From: Trichoplax adhaerens
Lineage: Eukaryota; Animalia; Placozoa
Direction: 5' to 3'
Length of the DNA: 64,000 nucleotides
NCBI RefSeq assembly: GCF_000150275.1
Contig: NW_002060944.1
Coordinates: 6,113,102 to 6,177,101 of the forward strand
Both the position numbers and the translations under genes were made by a program. This document shows, piece by piece, positions 1-17,261 of the stretch. Every line of letters starts with the position of its first letter. The stretch's first letter is position 1. Under the pieces are notes generated by a model. The model worked only from the letters and a program-made list of their open reading frames with translations. It had not been told where the DNA came from and ran no database searches.

Positions 1-1
1 A

Positions 2-2978
2 AGTAAAATAGAATATGGTAAAGCTGCTCGACCTGCCTGGCGTCCAAATACTAAACTAGCACCATTAGGTGCAAAACCAGTTGNNNNNNNNNNNNNNNNN
101 NNNNNNNNNNNNNNNNNNNNNNNNNNNNNNNNNNNNNNNNNNNNNNNNNNNNNNNNNNNNNNNNNNNNNNNNNNNNNNNNNNNNNNNNNNNNNNNNNNNN
201 NNNNNNNNNNNNNNNNNNNNNNNNNNNNNNNNNNNNNNNNNNNNNNNNNNNNNNNNNNNNNNNNNNNNNNNNNNNNNNNNNNNNNNNNNNNNNNNNNNNN
301 NNNNNNNNNNNNNNNNNNNNNNNNNNNNNNNTATATACAACAAATGGCAAGGCGCTACGCGAGTTGTCGGAAATGTTGGGATCAGATAAGATTTTCATTG
401 CTGTTGGATCAGAAGGTTTAAAAATGTCTGATCTTGAAGAAATTATGGAAGAAGTTCGTAATTTGCCTGGAAATAATGGCTCTATTTCTCATGGTGCATC
501 TAGTTTTGGTAATAAAAAACCAATTTTAAAACCAATAGGCCAGGAAAAAAACAATCCTCAATCTCATCAACCTGTAAAAACCGATGATTCAACTAAAAGA
601 GCCTCAAGAAATCGAGTAGCAGATACCGCTGACATATCAAGAGTTTCCAATGCCAACGATTTAACTAAATCCTCAAATAACAAATTAGCTGATACTACAC
701 AGAAATCAAGAGCTTCAAGTGATACACTTTCTGAAAAAATGCCATTAACAAATCAAAATATTGAGAAGGATACTTATGAAAACGAAAAGGATATTGATGA
801 AAGTGAGAAGAATGAAGATCAAGTTGACAAACAAGCATCAAACGACGATATCTTTAGTCCCGTCAAGGATACGGTTACAGATGGCGATGTTGATACACAC
901 TCTGAAAAAATGCCATTAACAAATCAAAATATTGAGAAGGATATTGATGAAAACGAAAAGGATTTTAACGAAAGCGAAAAGGATATTGATGAAAGTGAGA
1001 AGAATGAAGATAGAGTTGACAAGCAAGCATCAAACGACGATATCTTTAGTCATGTCAAGGATACGGTTACAGATGGTGATGTTTTCGATGCTACTGCAGA
1101 TATAGAAAAGGAGGAAGAAAGCAAATCGAACAAAGATAATCTAGATCGATCTTCTATCCATGGCGAAGATAATCACGAGCGATCCTCTGTCCACAACGAA
1201 GATAATGGAATAAATTTAAATCAAGAAAAAGCGGGCGATAACGAGGAAAAGGAAGACACAAACAACGTTAAAGATCCTGCTACGCCTGTAAAACTGGGGG
1301 ATACGTTTATAAATAAAGTCAATAATGAAAATATTAATAAATCTGCTGGTAGAAATACCCCTGAAAATAATGAACCTTTACCTAATCGAGAGGGAACTTA
1401 TGAAGATTATTATGTCAAAGGGAATATAATTGGGGATGGTAATTTTGCTGAAGTGTTTCACTGCGTTGAGCAAGATACATTGGTAGAATATGCCTTGAAA
1501 TTAGTCCATAAAAGCAAAATCAAAGGCAAGGAAAGCATGATCCAAGATGAGATTAACATCATGAAAAAATGTCGTCATAAAAATATTATACGATTGATTG
1601 AAGTATTCGACACTCAGATAGAGATCCAATTAGTTATGGAACTAGTAAAAGGTGGTGATTTATTCGATCTTATCTCCGATGTTTCAAAATTTACCGAATT
1701 TGAAGCTAGTGGATTAATTGGAGATTTGGCGGCTGCTCTGCAGTACCTCCATAAACGAAGCATTATTCATCGCGATCTAAAACCAGAAAATTTATTAGTA
1801 AGTTGTGGTAATTCAACTGATTCTACTTGGATATGATAATTTGTGACAATCTGTTTGGCTGCTTAATTATTCGATAAGTTTATCCTCATCAATGCATGCT
1901 ACTCAATAAAATTCTGTTCGTTAGTATTTGATAGACTTGTAGGATATAGGATGTTGCTCTATTCGATTTATTGCGAAAATTATTGTTAGTTACATCTATT
2001 GGTTAGGCAGACTTCCTATTACATTAGTATCATAATTAAGAGTTTACTAATAGATAAATAAGATATTGTAAACGAGATTGCAATAGTCACTAATCATATA
2101 GTGTTCGACTTCTTCTATACTCTATGTATTAGATACGTTAAAATATAAATATTCATAAATTACCGCTACGCTATTTAGTGATAAGATGTAGACTTCATTT
2201 TTACTAGGTAATTATTATAAAGTACCGTAGTAAGTTAAGACTTTATCATCGCAACATAATATTGTAAATAGATAGAATATCAATCACATAATTTACTATG
2301 TACATACAAATTAAATTAATATTACTTCTACCAGCTATATTGAATGTGTTGTCTCTGTTATTGCTTCATTACTAGATTACACAAAACTTTGACGATACTT
2401 TTACGTTAAAACTTGGTGATTTTGGTCTAGCAGTTGTGGTAACTGAGCCGCTATTTCAAATTTGTGGTACACCAACATATTTAGCTCCTGAAGTTCTTGC
2501 TGAAACTGGGTATGGTCTTCCAGCAGATATGTGGGCAACTGGTGTTATCAACTACATTGTACTATGCGGTTTTCCACCATTTCGTAGTAAAGATCGTAAT
2601 CAAAATGAACTATTTAATATCATTAAGAAAGGCGAATTCGAGTATCTATCACCATATTGGGATGATATATCCGATACCGCTACCGACTTGGTTGATAACC
2701 TTTTGATGGTTAATCCAGTTGATCGTTATACCGCCGAGCAAGTACTAAAACATCCATGGATTGTAAATAGAGCTGGATCGATATCAGACGTTGATCTTAA
2801 GGACAACATAACCAATAATATTCGAGAGAATTTCGATCCTAAGAAATCATTTAAAGCTGCTGCTCTAGCTGTTCGAACGGCAAAATTACTTGATCAAACT
2901 GTAGAGTCGCGTGCAGAATCAAGACAAGACAACGATGATGACATATTTGGCGGAGATGACGAAGATTTTGGATTATAG
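2..2978 (+). CDS. Doublecortin-like kinase, DCLK3-like; 5'-partial, contains assembly gap
   Basis: Frame +2 at 2-83 (SKIEYGKAARPAWRPN) resembles the end of DCX domain 1. After the gap, YTTNGKALRELSEMLGSDKIFIAVGSE resembles the end of DCX domain 2. A long acidic linker precedes the kinase: IGDGNFAEV (DCLK-type Gly loop), YALK, HRDLKPENLL, intron 1798-2375 (GTAAGT..TAG, phase 0), then LKLGDFGLA, CGTPTYLAPE, PPFRSKDRNQNELFNII..PYWDDIS (DCLK3-like), stop at 2978. Confidence 0.88.
84..331. other. Assembly gap (248 N)
   Basis: Run of N. Confidence 1.
721..1083 (+). repeat. In-frame tandem duplication in kinase linker (171-bp + 192-bp units)
   Basis: DTxSEKMPLTNQNIEKD...DKQASNDDIFSxVKDTVTDGDV occurs twice and is nearly identical at DNA level. 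The second copy has an extra 21-bp EKDxxE(N/S) sub-unit. Confidence 0.95.
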
Positions 2979-4225
2979 TGAAATGGCTTGATTTATATTG
3001 TATGTTATCTCAATCCACGGTAAACATGCTCTAATAAAAATGATCAATAGACTAGAATTATGTATAGCTTTAGTTGAAGACCCTATAAAGTGATGTAAAA
3101 TAGAGATGATTATCATGTAATGTCTATAATCGAACTCTATCTTGAATGCTGGCCTATCATTTAAACTCTTTTAATACAATGTTTCATTATTTGGTGATGT
3201 GACATCATGAATGATGCTAGGACCTCATGCTATTTATTGTTTTGCTATCAAAGAAACGATCTGAATTTATATTTCAGTAATTCATAGTGATACCTACCAG
3301 GTATTGGTTACTAGAATGAAATATGTCCATAGTGATATTTTTCTTGATATTTAAAAGACTCAAATTTGACTGATATTTAGACACTCTGATGGAAATTGTA
3401 GTTTTGCTGACTTTTAATAAAAAATCGCTACTTTTACTGAATTTGTTGTTATAACTGAGTCAAGGAAAGCTGGCAGTAATTGGCATTAAGAACGCTCCCA
3501 CTGTAATATTAACGCGGTGTTGATTACAGTTACCGTTTATACAAAATATAGGCCAAGTTCAACGAATTACGGTAGTTTTTACTACACACAAAGCAGTAGA
3601 GAACTATTGATCGCAGATTTCATTCAATTTAATAAGGATAACATCTTGGAAATATTCACATATAAGTTTCCTGGCAGTCATTTAGTTACTAAAGTAATTA
3701 GTATCTTTATAAAATTATTTATTGCCATTGTTCGTTATAGTTGCGAGTCGTAAGTCTAACCTTAGGTTACGTATATTACGGTATATAGGATTTCATTTTT
3801 GTGTGAATCTTATACGCGTAAAAGACTAGGAGTTGGGTACGTAGCTCGATTCTGTATGTGTAATGTAACGGTAAGATTGATCCGTACAATTATTGGTCGT
3901 CTATTAGCTTTAGTAGACATTAATGTATTTGAGTGTTTAAAGTATATGGTTTCGCTTACTGACGAATGGGTAGAGGTTATTAAGGGAAATATATCCTTTG
4001 CATGAAATCTATAACACAAATACAACGCAAAAGACCAAGTATCATATCAATGTGCATTTATTTTTGTTTTACATCTACTGCTAGTACAACTGCTAAAAAA
4101 TGCAACCCGATGATGCAATAGGAATATTATGCGAATATTATCTTGATAGAAAAGATACAGCGATGAATTAGCGCTTCATTTTAAGTTGATTGACAAGGCT
4201 TCTATTTCGGACAAATTGACTCAGT

Positions 4226-5593
4226 TTAAGCCTTAGCATTTCGAAAATTATTAGCTACGTCATTCCAATTAATTACATCAAATATTGCATTGACATAATT
4301 AGGCCTAACATTCTTATACTGCAAGTAATAAGCGTGCTCCCAGACGTCAATACCAAGTAATGGAACGTAGCCTGAAGGTAAAAATTTTTTCGATAGTTAC
4401 TAACATGTTAGAATAGAGATAGTAAGTGGAAAATATTTTCATTCGAATGGAAGCTTAACCTGTCGTTGCTTGCAATGGATCTTGGTTTGCACACGTAGCT
4501 ATCTTAAGAGAGTTGCTTTCCTTACAATATCCCTAAATCGAATAATACATTTTAAGTTATTGGCATCGATTGGGTACTACCGTATTGACCAATCTTAAGG
4601 TAAATGTCTGCTTCAATGTTATTTACCAGCCAACCCCATCCTGAGCCTTGAATAGCAATGGTTGCAGCAGATAATTTGGATTTAAAGTTATCAAAAGATC
4701 CAAAACAGGCATTAATAGCATCGCCTAGCTCTCCTGTGGAGTGATGAAAAGTGTTAATGAGTAATGATTCATCCCACTATGACGATGATCCAAATGTAGT
4801 ACACGTATATACGTACTGTTGATTTTTAAGATAAGTGAAATTATGTCATGGCTATTAGTTCATGACGATATGAACAAGCATTATTGCGTTATCGCAACAT
4901 TAAAATAGCGTATGTAGGCATTTGTAAATTAGCACTACAGATTACAGTATGAAGGGTAGATAAATGTTAACGTTACCTATAAGGAATTGTAATATACTGT
5001 ACACTGATTGATTTACCGGTTGGTAGTCCGCCGCCATCATTGGATAGATTTTTCCAAAATATTGAATGATTGATATGACCACCACCATTGAATCGTAGAG
5101 CTCCTTGTAATGTAATGACTCCGCTGATATCATCTAATTAAGTTCAACAAATTAGTACGAGTTCTCCTAATCTTCTTAGAATAGGCTACTCAATATTGAT
5201 ATGACAGTGAAGCCGCTGGCACGAGTACCGAGCAAAGTTTTATTCATTCGCTACGAAATTATTACTAGACTATTACTACAACGACAAGAAGGATCATGGA
5301 CTGCAAGATTGAATTTTATCTATGATATTCAATAGGTAAAAGGAGGAAAGATGATGCCTACTTTTGCTTGTTGCTTCAGCTAGTTTTTCTTCAGCAGCAT
5401 TCAAGTTGGTAACGTAAGTTTGATGGTGCTTGCTGTGATGTAGTTCCATAATCTCAGCAGAAATGGTAGGCTCTAATGCATTGTAAGCATACGGCAGTGG
5501 CGGTAAATCATGCTTCCTTCTAGCTTGAGTGATGAGCAGTGCACTATGGCAGCTGTTTCTTCCTAAAGATTGGCGAAGAACGTTGGCTAACAT
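4226..5593 (-). CDS. SOD2: Mitochondrial manganese superoxide dismutase, 5 exons
   Basis: Transit peptide, then [27 protein letters not shown]; exon 2 [13 protein letters not shown]; exon 3 IQGSGWGWL; exon 4 TCANQDPL; exon 5 [24 protein letters not shown] at 4226-4228. All introns GT-AG and phase-compatible. Confidence 0.97.
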
Positions 5594-5689
5594 TTCGTTT
5601 ATTGTTTTTCACTCGCTTAGCTTTAGCTGCTTTTCCTGGCAAGAAAAGGTTCGGCGTATGTGATTTGTTGTGTAAGGCTGCTGGCTGTC

Positions 5690-5960
5690 ATCTTACAGTA
5701 CAGTACAGTACTGTACAGTATGTACTGTACAGAACGTACGGTACATTATTTTACAATGGAAGTACTGTACACATACATACGGATTGACGGACGTGCTCCA
5801 GGCATACTGTACAGTGTACAGTGTACAGTACATTACTCCAAGTTTTTACACACAACTGTGTACTGTACATTGTACAGTACATGGACGTCTTCGCGGTCTG
5901 GTCCGGTTCGGACCTTGGTGAGTACAATACTCTTCTGTACAGTACTGTACTGTACTATAG
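5690..5960. repeat. (CAGTA/TACTG/GTAC)-rich array upstream of SOD2
   Basis: TACAGTACAGTACAGTACTGTACAGTA..., TACTGTACAGTGTACAGTGTACAGTAC, CTGTACAGTACTGTACTGTAC. Confidence 0.85.
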
Positions 5961-6369
5961 AATTCAAAGATGGTAACTGGTACCGGTTAGCTGTTTCTGG
6001 AATGTCGTCACAATTCGTGACATGGACATTGGACATTCGGATATGGACGCACTAGTGGCTAGGCTACTGACTACATGAAGTAGACTGTAGTAAATGACTT
6101 ATTAAGTGAAATCCTATTTGGCCAAAAATGTCCAAGTGACTTATTGGTATCAAGCCCTACGAATGTTGTATTGCCACGATAGTACTATATAGTACTATTG
6201 CTCTACTTATCCTCACCTTCGATGCTCTATTTCTATTCACTTATTCACTACTATTCATTTCAAAACATTGTTGACGTTCAATAACCGCTTTCAAGCAGAA
6301 CTTACTGCAGGATTCAATGAAATAATACTTAATTTCGAGGCTAAGTCATAAACAGAATGGAGCAATTCT

Positions 6370-6592
6370 ATATACAGTATACTACAGTAGGTCTCGAACG
6401 AATAGAAAGTATTTGGAACACATTCCTTTTCAGACGAGATGAGTCTCCATGTCCAACTGTCCGAGGACCCATCGAGTCGATGGCCCAAGACAATAAAACT
6501 CTTTCTACAGTACAGTACAGTGTACGGTAAAGTACAGTACAATGTATGGTAAAGTACAGTACAGGACAGTTTAGCGCTAGCTATACTGTACT
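6370..6592. repeat. (CAGTA)n-rich array upstream of WDR5
   Basis: CTACAGTACAGTACAGTGTACGGTAAAGTACAGTACAATGTATGGTAAAGTACAGTACAG, which includes a ~21-bp direct repeat. Confidence 0.8.
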
Positions 6593-6813
6593 CTGGCTGC
6601 CTAGTGTACTATACGACGTCACTGTTCCATTCAAGCCAATACGGCCATATTCGCAGTAATGCCATTGGCATGAGATAGCACGTTGACCACCTTTTGTTGT
6701 TGGCCATGGGCCTTGTGCTTGTACCATGCCCAGTAGTAGTAGCATACAAATGTGACAATCTTTCCGCGCTTTAACCTAACTTCAGTGCTAATTCTACTGT
6801 ATGTGCGGCGGTA

Positions 6814-9974
<3,161 letters not shown>

Positions 9975-11819
9975 TCTATTGGACTGATGCCGTGAATCTG
10001 AAAATGACCGGGATCTAGTTTTTAGATTGTGGTAAATGTACTATAAACATGTTGTAATTATCAGCTGTGGTAGCATAAAATAGTTCATCAAAGTGAGCGC
10101 CAGGACACGTATCATCCATCATACTATCATGATCTATTTAACTATATATGTTTACGGTAGATGATAGTATTTATTAAACTATTTGATAAGTCAGCAGCTA
10201 TTGCATTCTTTATCAGTTATTATTAAAATACAATGAACTCTTCTGACGCTCCCTTTGATAGCAAGTAACTTTAGTTTCACTCTTAACCTGTGATAAATTT
10301 ATAGTGTATAAAGATACGTAGACTCATTAACACGCGATTGGTTTATACCTTTAATAAACTATTGCTTACTTCGATATTAGATTCTGACGTTATTCTATAT
10401 TATAATATGTATATTTAATATACTGTAGCTGCGTCAAAGTTTTTGATCCTATCGATGTATTTATTTATTGTTGGAAAGGCTAAGTATCTTACGGTAGTGC
10501 TGTAGCTTCATACCATCAGGATTAACCTCAACGTATATGTACGAGTATATATATAGTACATTAGAGGGTCTTAAGGATTTACAGTACCTACAGTGTGGTA
10601 CGCTGCTGACAATAAAATTAATTGATAGTTATTGTAAAAAATGCTGCTGAATAAATGGATTATCAGTATTGCTGAAGATGAGGTTACACTATGCGAAAGA
10701 AATGCGAAATTTTTAGCTAATTTTAACTACTATGCACCCATGTATGCATAAACGTGTCTACGTACGTGTGCTAATGTTGGCTTTAGATATTGAAGTAAAA
10801 GAGAAGGCGTGTTATTGCTTGGCTACTGTAATATTACCAGGGAGCACAATAAAATGGTGTTTTCTTCCCCCATTACTTCATCATAGCTAAAAATTTTCCA
10901 GAATGATACGTTATAGACTTAAATACTTAGATCGATGGAAGCATAAACGTAAGGTACTGTATTCTTTATGTAGTGAAGTATGCTATTAAGTATTCATGCA
11001 TTAGCGAGTGCAAATGTTAGAAGTAGTAGTATCCTGGTAAGAGATATTGTATACTGAGAGCAGAGACTACTAAAAAGAAAGAGACAAGATAGGAAGCGAT
11101 CATTCACTATACTAATGATGTAGGGACTTACTGTTTTACGGGTCATTTCAACTGTATCGCATGTCTGCAATAGTACGTATACTACTGTCTATACTGTCCA
11201 CGATTGACATCCAAATTAGCTACGATTAGCCTGCTAAATTGGTTTTGTGTAGTATGGCATACGGTTTCATTGGTACTGTATAGCAGAATGATTGAAAAAA
11301 TGATAAGTCTTCACATTATTTGGCACTGAAGGCCGCTTCCTGTCCCGTCCCTGCGAAGTGTTAGCCAGTTGTAAAACATTATGAATTACAGGATATAACG
11401 TAGACAATCGAATAACTACGATTGTAATTGATTGTGTTGTATCGTAAAATATCGTTCATTACGATCGACTAAAGGCTGATCAATCGAATCGTTATTGTGC
11501 TGCTAGGTCGCTAATACAGTATATTACATGCAAGTATATTGGATATTGGACTCGCATTTATAGAAACTACGGCTGAAATTGCTAGCGTGATCACAACGGC
11601 ATGATTGGCGTTCTTTATTATTATTACATCAATATGAGACGAATAGCTTTTTTAGTACTGGTGTGCTGTACTATACAAGTGTAGACAGTTTACAGTGCAG
11701 TGCATCAATGTAAATCTGAATAACAACCAGGCTGCCTTGAATTTGTACGTCGAAGTTTGATTCCTCGATTGGTTTTTAGATGCTGATTGCTGCAAAAATT
11801 GAAACTGAACGGCAGTTAT

Positions 11820-12320
11820 ATCCTGTAGACTGTACAGTGTACAGTACTGTATGAGAGCAAGTGTATTATCAGGACTGTACTATACTGTAGCAGTATTATG
11901 ACCAAGCTGCACTATAGACAACTAGTTAAAACTTACTTTCTATTGTAAGCACTGAGTCACCGACAGCACACTTTACTTACACTACAATACAGTACAGTAC
12001 TATCAAGCTGACCATGGTATTGTGCAAAATGAGCTGTCGCCCCTTGAGTCTTCTTCGGGAATTTTTATTCTCCATCCATAGCATTCATCAATCGGGTCAG
12101 ACTATGGCAAATTTCCCTACATAGTTTTACCCCATAATCAAAAGTGGTCATAAAGTTAGAGAGGCAACGATGACAACTTATTTTGCACAGAGTAGTAGCA
12201 TCGTAGGAGGTAATTGTCTTCCCTTGTCACATAGTGCACACGGAATAGATTGCAATTGTGGAATGTACTGTACACTGTACAGTACAGTAGAGACCCTTAT
12301 TATTTGTATCCAGTACAGTA
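11820..12320. repeat. (CAGTA/TACTG)-rich array upstream of PHYHD1
   Basis: CTGTACAGTGTACAGTACTGTA (~11830), TACAGTACAGTAC (~11990), GTACTGTACACTGTACAGTACAGTAG (~12265), CAGTACAGTAG (12311). Confidence 0.75.
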
Positions 12321-12336
12321 GGTAAAACCGCTCAAA

Positions 12337-15263
<2,927 letters not shown>

Positions 15264-17261
15264 ATAAATTAAGTTACAATAACTATATTTGTATTATACG
15301 CATATGTATTCATTTCTGATAAAGAAATTTTATAGTTTGCATATCTTGCTACATTACGTAATTATCGTATGTCGAGTTGCATATTTTTAAGAAGGAAATA
15401 TTCTTCTGTAAACAGATGACTATAAATTTAATAGCCTTCCAGTAATAGTTATTATGACATATGATATTAGTTCTCACGACCTGCAGATTTATTTACATTA
15501 CATATAAATTTAATTGTAAAGTAGATTGATTAGTAACTTCTGGATATACAGATTATAGTTATTATTACGGGTCTGATAGTGGCAAGATGTAAATGAAATA
15601 AAATCTGGACGTAAATAGATAAATTTTAAGTAATACTGGAATTCAGTAAGATGCCTGATTTCAGTGAATCGTTTGAATATGGTAATCAAATTCTGAATAA
15701 TAATAAAGCTGGTTTTCTTAACTGTTGTCTCTGTCCTAAGCGCTGTTAAAATGGTTATTAACTAACCAAACTATTTAAATGATTCGTAATTTAATAGCAG
15801 CGACAGCAATAGATCAAAATCTGATGGTAGCAAGGTTTTCTTTCTAACTGGCTAACCAACGTTAAATAAGTCTTCGTTAACGATATACAATGACTATTTT
15901 AGTAGTTCCTAATTTTGTGATACTGTACCAAAATTCGAGTATTTCAGAATAATTTATACTAAGCTAACTAGGCCTAACTTTTGTAATTGTAACACTTTAA
16001 TACCAGCAATAACAAAAAGCGATATCGTATACATTACATACTTGTATAAATTAAAGCAAATACGTCTTTGATTATAAGTTTATTCAGGCTGGTTTGTAAC
16101 ATTTTATCACCGTGGGAGTATCATTGTAAAAATATGTAGAAAATTTTGAAATCCTTACTTATCCAGCTTAATAATAGTCGTAAATTCCACTTTAAGAATA
16201 AATGATAGTCAAAGGCGCGGTCTGAATAGATTTTATTCTCTCATGACAATAGTTTGTATTGTAATGTTATATAGATAAAACTATAGATTAGAAGGTGATA
16301 AGCCGTGTATATCATGAAGATGATAAATTATGAAATAGATTTTCGAGTTCAAGCGTCGTTGGGAAAGTGTCTGTTCAGCCTAATCTTAGCGTTAAAATTT
16401 TCTGATTTAAAATCAATACTGAGATATAGGGTGATGATTATGAGTCAAGGTAGAATGGAAAGCGTCATCAATATTTAGTATCTACTTATTAAAATATTGA
16501 CATAATAGAATAGCGGACAGCTGTTGATTTCCCATATAAAAAATTTTCTACCTATTCATTCGTTCACCTCTATTGGCCAACCCACTACTCATGCTAAATT
16601 TATAGGCTACCTTTTGATCTTGATATTATGAATACAAAGTTAAATGTTACATAACATCAATAATTTCGATCCAATACATCCCTAAAGGGATAGCTTTGAT
16701 GTTAATCGATATCTAGAAATTTATCTTCCCTTAATTTCAACATTGTAGCCAATTTCTAACGAGATAATTACAGTTAACTTAGCTAATTTAGTGACTTATT
16801 CGATGGTGATCATTCAATATAGTGAACATTATAAGAAAATATTATCATTGTTTACACGTTAGATTGTGTAGACGGTAAAAAATTTTTAGAGGGCCGTTGC
16901 TAGCGTTGTTATTTCATTTAAAATGGAAGCGTTAACTGTATTATAAATTCTATCATGACGTCGTAACCAATGAAAATAATTAACAAAGCCAGCTGATTAC
17001 GGCCTATGAAAAGGACTGCAAGAATGTTTTACAATCTTATCGAAATGATGATAATCATGCTTTTGTTGTTGATATTCTTTCTTTATGTCGACAGATATTG
17101 TTGAATGTTAAATAACCAGTATTTATTGATGATGATTCAAATTGAACAGTAGGGCGATACAGTTAAATGTCAGTGCGATTAAATTTAAATACGAGAAATC
17201 GTTATATCATCATCAAAGTTTTTCTATCGCTTGATCTAAGTTCAACGAATTGCATTAAAGG

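Noticed and set aside
51-398. ORFs made mostly of X
   Set aside because: They only span the N gap.
5539-6542. Several 67-131-aa ORFs rich in YSTV/VQY/CTV
   Set aside because: They are translations of the CAGTA/TACTG arrays, with no protein-like features. The same applies to 21654-21851.
11110-11150. GGGACTTACTGTTTTACGGGTCATTTC, vaguely like the 5' end of U3 snoRNA
   Set aside because: The match is too weak and no downstream U3 boxes were seen; an Rfam scan would settle it.
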